Source: Planctomycetota bacterium (GTDB lineage Bacteria; Planctomycetota; UBA1135; UBA2386). From it: DNA of 64,000 nt. Under the pieces are notes generated by a model. That model did no database searches, was not told the origin of the DNA, and saw only the letters and a list, made by a program, of their open reading frames with translations. The position numbers were made by a program, and so were the translations under genes. The DNA lies in NCBI GenBank assembly GCA_046290465.1, contig JBKAGP010000001.1, forward strand, positions 3,072,001 through 3,136,000, given 5' to 3'. Within the stretch, counting starts at the first letter, position 1. Each line of letters opens with the position of its first letter. Of this stretch, positions 19,574-28,258 are shown piece after piece.

Positions 19574-22242
19574 GCGCCCGCAGCCCAGCCCTGGGCGTTC
19601 GTCTCGCGGTGATCGACCAGGTAGCTGTCGACGAACTCGTCCGAGCCCTGCCGCGCTGCCGCCTCCATCTCCGCCTGCACCTTCTTGGCCTTCTTGACGC
19701 GGCGCCGGTAGGCGTCCGAATCGAGGATCGCGGAGAACGGCTCGTCGATGCGGCCGGCGACCGCGTAGGCGCGCGCGCTCGAGCTCATCCGCCGGCGCAC
19801 GTCCGGGTCCATCAGCCGCTGCATCGCGGCCAGCAGGTCGTCCTCGTCGCGGCCGCGAACCTTGATGCCGGTCACGCCGTCGACCATCAGTTCGTGCGGC
19901 CCGCCCTTGTCCGAGACCACGACCGGCAGGCCGGACGCCTGCGCCTCGAGCGGCGCGTTGCCCCACGTGTCGGTCGTGCTCGGGAACAGCTTGACGTCCG
20001 CCGACGCGAACGCGGTCAGCAGGTCGTCGCCCTCGAGGAAGCCGGTGAACGTCGCCGGCATGCCGGCCAGCCGCTGCTGCAGCGCCTTGCGATACGGACC
20101 GTCGCCGACCACGCACAGGTGCGCGTCCGGGTGGGTCTGCAGCAGGCGCTCGAACGCCGACGCCATGATGTCGAGGTTCTTCTCGAGGCCGACGCGGCCG
20201 ACGTAGAGGAACCGGGTGCTGTGGTCGGTATCGGCGATGCCGTGCTGCTGCCAGAACGTCGCCGAGCGGCGCTCCGGCGTGAACCGTTCGGTGTCGACCC
20301 AGCGGTCGAGGATCAGCAGCTTGCGGTTGCGCAGGCCGCGCTCGTGCAGCAGCTTGGCGATGAACTTCGACGGCACCACGACCTCGTCCACCGAGTGGTA
20401 GAAGAGGATCATGTAGCGCCACGTCAGCGCCTCGAGGCTGATGTCGCGGGTGTAGTCCTCGACGTATTCGGGGAAGCTCGTGTGGTAGGTCGACGAGGTC
20501 TCGATCTGCAGCAGCTTGGCCGCCATCAGGCCGGCGACGCCGACGCTGCCCGGCGTGCTGATCTGCATCTTGGTGAAGCCGTTCTCCTGCAGCCACTTCA
20601 GCATCTCGAGGAACGGCGGCACGCGGACCTGCAGCCCCTGGTACTCGGGGAAGTCGAAGTTGATGATCGACCGGAAGATCTTCAGCTGCCCGTTGTCGAG
20701 GTAACCGCGCACGGCCGGATCGGCGACCGCCTCGTCGTATTCGCTCTCGCCGAGGCAGGTCACGACGGTGAAGTCGATGCCGCGGCGCTCGGCCTCGCCG
20801 ATCATGCGCTTGATGGTGCGCGCGACGCCGTTGATCTCGAAGAACGTGTCGGTCAGCAGCACCAGCTTGACCTTCTCCTCGATGCCGAAGCTCTTGTGCA
20901 CGTCGCGCACGATCGCGCGATCCGACGACTGGTGCAGGTAGGAGAACAGGTACGGCAGCGACACGAACAGGTTGGAGGACACCATCGCGACGGCCTCCTT
21001 GATCACCCGCACGATGTTGCCACCCGAGGCTGAGCGCAGGCGCGTGACGTAGCGCGTGAAGATGCAGTTCACCAGCGAGCTGACGACCTTGAAGATGCGA
21101 TCGTCGGTCTTGTCGAGCGCGGCCAGCTCCTGCTTGAACTTCTTGTCGCCGAGCAGATTGCGGGCCTCGCTCGCGAGGATGCGTTCGAACGGCTGGTCGG
21201 ACGCGTTGCGGCGGCGGCCGGCGCGCGCGTCGATCAGCTTGTGGAACCAGAGCTTGCCCTGGAAGGCGAGCTTCTGGCGCAGCTTCAGCGAGCCCGACTC
21301 GAACACGAACTTGAGCAGCGAGTTGATCGGCCCGCCCATGTTGACCAGCTGCTTGCCCTGCAGCTCCTTGCTCTTCACGCGGTGCCCGTCGTAGACGAGC
21401 TTGACCAGCGCATGGGCCAGCGTCACCGGGCCACCGTGCGCGCCGGCGGGCTGCGTCTCCCGGCGCCACAGCGCGTCGATCAGGTCGTTGGGCTGCGGCT
21501 CGCGGCCTTCGACCAGCGGGAACTCCGTCCAGGTCTGGCCCGGATTGATGCCGCAGTGGTCGTCCGAACCCGACACGACCGACTTGAGCCACGGCGTCTT
21601 GCCCTTGGGCAGGATGCCGTGCTTGTTGGCGAGGCGCTCGATCGTCTCGCGATCGAGCGACGTCACCAGGCGATGCGTGAACTCGTTGAGCGATCGGGTG
21701 CGGGTGCCGTTGCGGACCTCGATGCAGTTGAACAGCAGCAGCGCCTTCTCGATGTGCTCCGCGTTGAGCGCGCCCTCGCGACCGTAGGGACGGTTCTGCG
21801 TGCTCATCAGCGGGTGCGTCATGAAGTAGGCGATCCGGTTGCCGTCCGGCCGCTCGTCCTGCGCCGCGATCTGGGCATCGACGTAGTCGACCATCTCGTA
21901 GACGTTGCAGCGCAGCCGGTCGACCTCGCGGAACTGCTGCTCCGTCATGTTGGCCACCGTCACGTGCACGTTGCAGCCGTCCTCCGGGAAGGACGCGGTC
22001 ATCTCCGCGCTCATGAAGACGCCCGGCAGGCCGCGGTCCAACAGCTCCTTGACGCCGTCGACCGAGTTGTGGTCGGTCAGCGTGACGAGCGACATGCCCT
22101 GTCGCTTGAGCTGGTGGTACAGCGCCACCGGGTCCGAGTAGGACTCGGGAATCGCGAACGAGTTGGCCGCGTAGTAGTCGGTGACGTTGGAGGCGTAGGA
22201 GTGCAGGTGGAAGTCCACCTTGCCAGGGCGTCGGCCGGTCAT
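19570..22242 (-). CDS. PHP phosphoesterase domain fused to a GT4 glycosyltransferase
   Basis: N-terminal DFHLHS, TLTDHNS, GSDDH (PHP). C-terminal DTFFEINGVA, YVGRVGLEKN, DTWGNAPLEAQASG (GT4). Confidence 0.88.
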   Translation of the reverse strand: MTGRRPGKVDFHLHSYASNVTDYYAANSFAIPESYSDPVALYHQLKRQGMSLVTLTDHNSVDGVKELLDRGLPGVFMSAEMTASFPEDGCNVHVTVANMTEQQFREVDRLRCNVYEMVDYVDAQIAAQDERPDGNRIAYFMTHPLMSTQNRPYGREGALNAEHIEKALLLFNCIEVRNGTRTRSLNEFTHRLVTSLDRETIERLANKHGILPKGKTPWLKSVVSGSDDHCGINPGQTWTEFPLVEGREPQPNDLIDALWRRETQPAGAHGGPVTLAHALVKLVYDGHRVKSKELQGKQLVNMGGPINSLLKFVFESGSLKLRQKLAFQGKLWFHKLIDARAGRRRNASDQPFERILASEARNLLGDKKFKQELAALDKTDDRIFKVVSSLVNCIFTRYVTRLRSASGGNIVRVIKEAVAMVSSNLFVSLPYLFSYLHQSSDRAIVRDVHKSFGIEEKVKLVLLTDTFFEINGVARTIKRMIGEAERRGIDFTVVTCLGESEYDEAVADPAVRGYLDNGQLKIFRSIINFDFPEYQGLQVRVPPFLEMLKWLQENGFTKMQISTPGSVGVAGLMAAKLLQIETSSTYHTSFPEYVEDYTRDISLEALTWRYMILFYHSVDEVVVPSKFIAKLLHERGLRNRKLLILDRWVDTERFTPERRSATFWQQHGIADTDHSTRFLYVGRVGLEKNLDIMASAFERLLQTHPDAHLCVVGDGPYRKALQQRLAGMPATFTGFLEGDDLLTAFASADVKLFPSTTDTWGNAPLEAQASGLPVVVSDKGGPHELMVDGVTGIKVRGRDEDDLLAAMQRLMDPDVRRRMSSSARAYAVAGRIDEPFSAILDSDAYRRRVKKAKKVQAEMEAAARQGSDEFVDSYLVDHRETNAQGWAAGA

Positions 22243-22465
22243 GTGTGGGTCCGAATGCACAGACCCCCCGTGTCCGGGCCCTGCACGAGATACCCCGGGA
22301 TACCGCCTGGGCCGGGGGTGCAGGACGTTCGTCGTCCGGGTCACAGGAATCTGCAGGATGAAGGATCCACTCGTTTGTTCAGAATCCGTGATGACGTCAT
22401 CAAGACTGTCGATCGGGGGACTCGATGCTTCCGCCGGTCCGCGGCCCGCCGTTACCTGATGCTCC

Positions 22466-23074
22466 ATGACGACGACGGCCACGACGGCGACCTCGCGCGG
22501 ACTGTTCTTCTTCAAGAGGTTCCTCAGCAACCCTCGCGAGGTCGGCGCCCTGTGTCCGAGCACGCGCCACCTGGCCGCCGCGATGGTGCGGGACCTCGAC
22601 CTCGCGGCCGAGGACGTGGTCGTCGAATACGGCGTCGGCACCGGCTCGTTCACCCCCACCATCGGCCGACTGGTCGAAGCGACGCCGTTCGCCCGCTACC
22701 TCGGCATCGAACGCGAACCCGGCTTCGTCGACATCCTGCGCGAGCGGTTCCCGCGGCTGGAATTCGCCAATGCCCAGGTCGAGCAGGTCGAGCAGTTGCT
22801 CCGAGACCACCACATGAAGGCGCCGCGCGCGGTCCTGTCGGGGCTGCCGCTGATCCTGCTGCCGACGATGGAGGAGATCGTGCGCACCACCGAGCGGGTG
22901 CTCGCGCCCGGCGGCGAGTTCCGCACGTTCAGCTACCTGCAGTCCTACCCGACGCGCGCCGCCGGCCGCCTGCGCCGCCTGATGAAGCAGACGTTCGCCG
23001 AGTTCACGATGAGCCGGCTGGTGCTGCGCAACTTCCCGCCCGCGTTCGTGCTGCGCGGCCGCAAGGCGGACTGA
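22466..23074 (+). CDS. Phospholipid/ornithine-lipid N-methyltransferase-like (PmtA/OlsG family)
   Basis: FLSNPREVGALCPST, VVEYGVGTG, SGLP, FSYL, RNFPPAFV. Confidence 0.85.
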   Translation: MTTTATTATSRGLFFFKRFLSNPREVGALCPSTRHLAAAMVRDLDLAAEDVVVEYGVGTGSFTPTIGRLVEATPFARYLGIEREPGFVDILRERFPRLEFANAQVEQVEQLLRDHHMKAPRAVLSGLPLILLPTMEEIVRTTERVLAPGGEFRTFSYLQSYPTRAAGRLRRLMKQTFAEFTMSRLVLRNFPPAFVLRGRKAD

Positions 23075-23080
23075 CCGCGG

Positions 23081-23641
23081 CTACTTCTTGGCGGCCTTCT
23101 TGCTGGCTACGCTCTGCTTCGAAGCCTTGCGGGCGACGACCTTGTTGGCCGCCTGCTTCGACGACTGCGGCCGGCGCGATCCGCTGGTGCCGACCAGGTT
23201 GGCCTCGTAGGTGTGGATGTAGCGCGGCGACGGCATGCGTCGGATCGCCTCGGCGACGACCTCGAGCGGCACGTCCTCGATCTTCTTGAAGCGCACGCAG
23301 GCCTTGCCCATGTCGAGCTTCCGGCCGGTCGCCTTCCACGCCTTCTCGAACCACTGGACGTCGTCCTTGTCCATGTAGAGCCCCATCATGTAGAGCGACA
23401 TGTGGTTCTTCTGCGACGCCAGGCCCGCGTAGGGCAGCGGGATCTTCGGGTCGCAGTGGTAGCCGTCGGGGTAGGCCTCGTGCGACACGTGGTAGCCGAT
23501 CATGCCGTAGCTCATGATCTCGACGATGTCCTCGTCGACGTTGTCGCGGAACACCTTGCGCAGCTCCTCGAGCGCCGCGCGGCGGTCGGCCGGCAGCTCC
23601 TTCAGGTACTGGGCGACGGTCTTGGCCTTCGATTGCACCAT
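23081..23641 (-). CDS. DUF1801 domain protein
   Basis: MSYGMIGYHV..YPDGYHCDP.PLPYAGLASQKNHMSLY, LDMGKACVRFKK. Confidence 0.85.
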   Translation of the reverse strand: MVQSKAKTVAQYLKELPADRRAALEELRKVFRDNVDEDIVEIMSYGMIGYHVSHEAYPDGYHCDPKIPLPYAGLASQKNHMSLYMMGLYMDKDDVQWFEKAWKATGRKLDMGKACVRFKKIEDVPLEVVAEAIRRMPSPRYIHTYEANLVGTSGSRRPQSSKQAANKVVARKASKQSVASKKAAKK

Positions 23642-23660
23642 GCGCGGATCGTAGCTGCGC

Positions 23661-25304
23661 TCAGTGCACGCGCACGCTCTTCGGCGCGGATCGGCCAAGG
23701 TTGCCCGCCGCATCGGTCGCCTCGACCACCAGCGTCAGGTCCGCGAGGCGCGCCGCCGGCACCTCGGCACGCCACAGGTACTCGCCGTACCACTGCAGCG
23801 GCAGGCGCCGCTCCTGCTGGCCGTCGCGCACCAGCAGGTCGACCCTGGTCCAGTCGTGCGGCATGCACGGGCTCTTGCGGTCGTGCACGCGCACGCGCAC
23901 GAGCACCCCGCCCTCGCGCGGCAGAGCATCGACGACGCCGACGAACGGCGCCGCGGTGTCCTTCGCGATCGCCTTGCCGAAGAAGACCTTGTCGGCCTCG
24001 GCGTTCTTGACCTCACCCTCGGCGTGCACGCAGTCCATGCGGCCGTCGCCGTCGAGGTCGGCGATCGCGAGGCCGAGCGTGGCGCGGGTGCGTTCGCCGT
24101 CGAACACCGGCGCGGCGGCGGCGAACGAGCCGGTGCCGTCGTTGACCAGCAGCCGGTCGACGCCGTTCAGCGAAGCGATCAGGAAGTCGGCATCGCCGTC
24201 CGAGTCGTAGTCGAGGAACGCGATCATGTTGTCGTCGAACCGCGGGTTGTCCGCCTCGGGCCAGGCCTGGTCGGTGGCGTCGACGAACCCGCCGGTGCCG
24301 TCGGCGCGGAACAGGTGCTCGGAGAACCGCCGCTTGCCGGCGCCGTCGTTGATCGTCACCAGGTCGAGGTAGCCGTCGCCGTCGACGTCCATCGGCTCGA
24401 ACTCGTAGTTGTTGGTGAACTGCGGCAGCCGGCTCGCGCTGACGTCGGTGAACACTCCGCTGCCGTCGTTGTGCAGCAGGAACGAGCCGCTCGAGCGCTT
24501 GCTGCTGACCAGCAGGTCGAGGTCGAAGTCGTTGTCGACGTCGACGAACTCGAGCTCCCAGCAGAAGCGCACGCGGATGTCGGGCACGTAGGTGTCGCTG
24601 ACGTCGACGAACCGGCCGCCGTCGTTGCGCCAGATCCGCGGGCGCGCGCCGTCGTTGCGCATCGGCGAGCCCGGCCCCCAGTCGGCCAGCACCAGGTCGA
24701 GGTCACCGTCGCCGTCGATGTCGCCCCACTCGACGTCCCCAACCGACAGCGGGATCTTGGGCAGCAGCAGGTCGGTCATGTCCTCGAAGCGACCGCCGCC
24801 GCGGCCGAGGTAGAGGCGGCTCTGCGTCTGGTAGGTCGTGCCGACGAACAGATCGCAGTGGCCGTCGCCGTCGATGTCGCGCGCCTTGACGACACGCGCG
24901 TAGAACGTGCGGTCGCCGAACACCGCCCGGGTGATCTCCGGCCAGCGCCGGTCGCCGAGGTTGCGGAACACGCGCGTCGGCACCGCGACCCCCGGCTTGT
25001 CGTAGTCCCCGCCGTTGGCGAACAGCACGTCGACGCGGCCGTCGCCGTCGAGATCCGCCAGTTCGACCTTGTTGGTCCATTCGGCGGTCTCGCCGATCGT
25101 CGCCGCAGTCACGTCGTGCCACAGGTCGTTGGGCAGCTGCAGCGAAGCCTGCCACTGCGGCCGGCGCCGCCGCTGCTGCGCACCCTGCTTCTGCGGGTCC
25201 TGCTGCTGCGGATCCTGCTGCTGGGGTTGCTGCGCCTCCTGCCCCAGCGCGACGCCGGCGAGCAGGAACAGCAGCGAGAACGACACCGGGCGGGAGCGGC
25301 TCAT
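23661..25304 (-). CDS. Exported FG-GAP/VCBS repeat beta-propeller protein
   Basis: Signal peptide, Gln-rich linker, about seven DxDGDGxxD repeats. Confidence 0.85.
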   Translation of the reverse strand: MSRSRPVSFSLLFLLAGVALGQEAQQPQQQDPQQQDPQKQGAQQRRRRPQWQASLQLPNDLWHDVTAATIGETAEWTNKVELADLDGDGRVDVLFANGGDYDKPGVAVPTRVFRNLGDRRWPEITRAVFGDRTFYARVVKARDIDGDGHCDLFVGTTYQTQSRLYLGRGGGRFEDMTDLLLPKIPLSVGDVEWGDIDGDGDLDLVLADWGPGSPMRNDGARPRIWRNDGGRFVDVSDTYVPDIRVRFCWELEFVDVDNDFDLDLLVSSKRSSGSFLLHNDGSGVFTDVSASRLPQFTNNYEFEPMDVDGDGYLDLVTINDGAGKRRFSEHLFRADGTGGFVDATDQAWPEADNPRFDDNMIAFLDYDSDGDADFLIASLNGVDRLLVNDGTGSFAAAAPVFDGERTRATLGLAIADLDGDGRMDCVHAEGEVKNAEADKVFFGKAIAKDTAAPFVGVVDALPREGGVLVRVRVHDRKSPCMPHDWTRVDLLVRDGQQERRLPLQWYGEYLWRAEVPAARLADLTLVVEATDAAGNLGRSAPKSVRVH

Positions 25305-25355
25305 ACGCGCCGGACTGTAGCAGACCGGCCGTGCCCATCGGCGCCCGCGCCGCGC

Positions 25356-26486
25356 TCAGACCACCAGCTCGAACTGCGCGTCGGCTATGACCTCGCCGTT
25401 GACGACCAGTTCGACCCGATGCACACCCGGGTAGTCGCGACGGGTCGTGACCTTGCGCAGCGAATGCCGCTTGTCGAGCGCGCGTCGCTCGCCGGCATCG
25501 AGCCGCAGCTTCCAGCCCTTCCACGTCTTGGCGCTGGTGGTGCCGTTCTTCTTGACGTGGTGCACGACGTAGTCGACGACCAGGTCCTGCGCCTGCCTGG
25601 CGCGCGACCGCAGGCCGACCTCGAGCGCCACCTCGCCGCCGACCGCGACGCGCGCCGGCCGGATCGCGAACGTCACCTCGCCGCGCAGCGGCCGCCCCAG
25701 CCCGAATGCGCGCAGCACCCGCTTGTCGCGCTGCTTGATCAGCGTGCGCGCCGCGTGCCGCAGCAGCCGCTGGCGCGTCGGCGGCGCGTCGGGAAGGTGT
25801 CGCTCGAGCCAGTCGGCGACGATCGCCGGGTGGTCCTTGGCGATGTCGTTGAGGTGGTTGGCGACGCTGCGACGCACGTATTCGCTGTCGTCGTCCTGCA
25901 GGTGTTCGAGCATCGGCAGGCACGGGCTCGGATCCTCGACCAGATGCTGCAGGCGGATGCCCCACGGCAGGCGCGGCCGCGTGCCCTCGCTGACCAGCCG
26001 CCGAACGTGCGCACTGCGATCCTCGAGCCAGCCCCGCAGCGTCGCCATCGTCACGTCGCGGTGCTCCACCAAGAACGGCCGGATCGCATACTCGGCCGTG
26101 TTGCGCTGCGTCATCGCGTGCAGGGCGCGCAGCGCCCGCTTCGGGTGCGCGAGGCCGCGACGCGCCACGAACTCGGTCATCGGCCAGACGATCCAGCCGG
26201 CCAGCCCGGCGTCGGACGGCACCAGCGCGCCGAGGTCGGTGTCGGTGCGCGCCGGCGCGAGCGACCGTTCGAGCACCGTCGCGGCGTCGCCGAACGACTC
26301 CGGCAGGCACTGGGCGAGCACGTCGGCGACGTGCACGACCCGCGCCTTCAGCTCCAGCTCGTCGAGCCCCGCGGTCGCCCGCCGCACGAACCGCTGCCGC
26401 GGAAACTCCGGCCAGGCGCGTTCGAGGTGCCGGCCCGCGGTGCGCAGCAGGTCGGGGTGGATCAGGTTTTTGAACGGCTCGGCCAT
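25356..26486 (-). CDS. DNA alkylation repair glycosylase, AlkC-like (HEAT-like repeats plus C-terminal Ig-like domain)
   Basis: TAEYAIRPFL, HVRRLVSEGTRPRLPW, YVRRSVANHLNDIAKDHP, TTRRDYPG. Confidence 0.85.
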   Translation of the reverse strand: MAEPFKNLIHPDLLRTAGRHLERAWPEFPRQRFVRRATAGLDELELKARVVHVADVLAQCLPESFGDAATVLERSLAPARTDTDLGALVPSDAGLAGWIVWPMTEFVARRGLAHPKRALRALHAMTQRNTAEYAIRPFLVEHRDVTMATLRGWLEDRSAHVRRLVSEGTRPRLPWGIRLQHLVEDPSPCLPMLEHLQDDDSEYVRRSVANHLNDIAKDHPAIVADWLERHLPDAPPTRQRLLRHAARTLIKQRDKRVLRAFGLGRPLRGEVTFAIRPARVAVGGEVALEVGLRSRARQAQDLVVDYVVHHVKKNGTTSAKTWKGWKLRLDAGERRALDKRHSLRKVTTRRDYPGVHRVELVVNGEVIADAQFELVV

Positions 26487-26552
26487 CGTCGCCGCATGAT
26501 GGCGCAGCATTCGGCGACAGGACAGAGCCGAGCGGCGGCTACAGTCGGCACC

Positions 26553-28217
26553 ATGATGTCACGCTGCGCCACGGTGATCCTCTCGGCCGCCTGCCTCCTG
26601 CCCGCCCAGCAAGCGGGATCGCACGATCGCACGCAGGCTCCGACCAAGGGCCTGCCCGAGGTCCAGCCCCACATCGTGATCGAGACGGTCGGCCCCGACG
26701 GCTGGCGCGCGCGACTCGGACCGACCAACCTCGGGGTGATGCTGGCGTCCGAGCAGGGGCGCGAGCTGTGGCAGCCGTCGCTGCGACCGCTGTTCGGCAT
26801 GTGGCAGTCGATCGCCGGCAGCGAGGAGGCCTACCAGCTGGCCAGCGAACGCCTGCTCGGCTACGGCGGCACGATCCGCGTCGCTGCGCACGTCAACGAA
26901 CGCAGCGCCGCCAACGTCGCGATCGTCTTCGACGGCGACCGCGACACCGACCTCGATGCAGTCGCCAAGGACGTGCGCCGCCTGATCGAAGGCCTGCTGC
27001 CCGGCGAGTGGCAGCAGCGCGAGGTCCGAGGCGGCGAACTGACCATCCGCAGCGACGGCCCCGACTTCGTCTCGGCCCCGCGCGTCGAGGGCGGCCGCCT
27101 GATGCTGCTGCTCGGCGACCGCGACAAGATCGACAACGCCGTCGGCCTCGGCGCCTGGCTCGCTGCGCGCCCCGCGACGCTGTCGACGCCCAAGCCCGGC
27201 AGCCCGGCCGCACGCCTGACGTTCGACCTGCCGCGGCTGATCTCGCTCGGCGACGGCGGTCGCGAACGGGCGATCCTGAAGGCGCTCGGCCTCGACGGCC
27301 TCCGGGAGTTGACGCTGACGCTGTCGGCGGCCGGACCGCGGGTGCAGTTCGGCGCCGACGTGCGCATCGAGGGCGCGCCGCGCGGCGTCGTGAAGGCGTT
27401 CCTGCCGACCAGCCAGGGCATCTCCGGGCTGGTCGCGCTGCTTCCGCAGAAGGTCAGCGCCGGCAAGGTCGGCCGCTTCGACCTGCATGCGCTCTATCAG
27501 GGCATCGTCGACGCACTCGAGGCGGACATCGCCGACGAGGACGTGCGCGAAGAGATCGAGCAGGAGCTCGGCCTCGACCCCGGCCCCGACATGCTCGCGC
27601 ACCTGACCGACGAGATGCTGGTCGTCGGCTCGCCGTTCCAGGACTTCGACCGGGCCAGCGAAGCCACCTGGATGCTCGCGTGGCGCGTGCGCGACGAGCC
27701 CAGGTTCGTCGCCGGTTTCGAGAAGCTGATGCGCGGCGCCAAGCCGGTCGTGCAGACCAGCGAGACCGTCGACGTCGACGGCGTCAAGCTGCGCCGCTAC
27801 GGCAACCCGTTCGGCTACGACCTGTGGATGGCCGCCGCCAACGGCGTCTGGGCGATCTCGGGGGGCCGCGACGCCGAGGAGGCGATCACCGCGCTGCTGA
27901 AGCAGGCCAAGGGCCAGCCGTTCGCGCCGCTCGCGGCGCCCGCCACCGGCTTCGACGGCCTCGCGCGCAACCTGCCGGCCGGCGTCAACGGCGTCGCCAC
28001 CGCCGACCTCGGCTCGATCGTCGGCATGCCGGTCGACTTCTGGCTCGAACTGCTGACCGAGGTGGTGCCGTTCCCGCTCGGCCCGGGCGGTGACGGCGAC
28101 CAGAGCGAGGAGCAGATGGAGGCGATGCGGGCGCTGCTGAAGCAGCACAACCTGACGCAGCTGCGCTCGGCGACCGGCTTCGCCGCCGACACCTGGCGCT
28201 GGCGCCTCTACTGGTAG
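26553..28217 (+). CDS. Exported hypothetical protein
   Basis: The C-terminal 554 aa of the long + ORF are protein-like, starting at the signal peptide MMSRCATVILSAACLLPAQQ. Confidence 0.7.
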   Translation: MMSRCATVILSAACLLPAQQAGSHDRTQAPTKGLPEVQPHIVIETVGPDGWRARLGPTNLGVMLASEQGRELWQPSLRPLFGMWQSIAGSEEAYQLASERLLGYGGTIRVAAHVNERSAANVAIVFDGDRDTDLDAVAKDVRRLIEGLLPGEWQQREVRGGELTIRSDGPDFVSAPRVEGGRLMLLLGDRDKIDNAVGLGAWLAARPATLSTPKPGSPAARLTFDLPRLISLGDGGRERAILKALGLDGLRELTLTLSAAGPRVQFGADVRIEGAPRGVVKAFLPTSQGISGLVALLPQKVSAGKVGRFDLHALYQGIVDALEADIADEDVREEIEQELGLDPGPDMLAHLTDEMLVVGSPFQDFDRASEATWMLAWRVRDEPRFVAGFEKLMRGAKPVVQTSETVDVDGVKLRRYGNPFGYDLWMAAANGVWAISGGRDAEEAITALLKQAKGQPFAPLAAPATGFDGLARNLPAGVNGVATADLGSIVGMPVDFWLELLTEVVPFPLGPGGDGDQSEEQMEAMRALLKQHNLTQLRSATGFAADTWRWRLYW

Positions 28218-28258
28218 CCCGCGCCGACCAGCCGCGCCTCCCAGCCGCGAACCCCGGC

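Noticed and set aside
25171..25245. CAG-rich repeats (QQPQQQDPQQQDPQKQ), and similar GQ-rich or TP-rich repeats near 41820-41885 and 54476-54535
   Set aside because: Low-complexity linkers inside coding regions; no evidence of phase variation.
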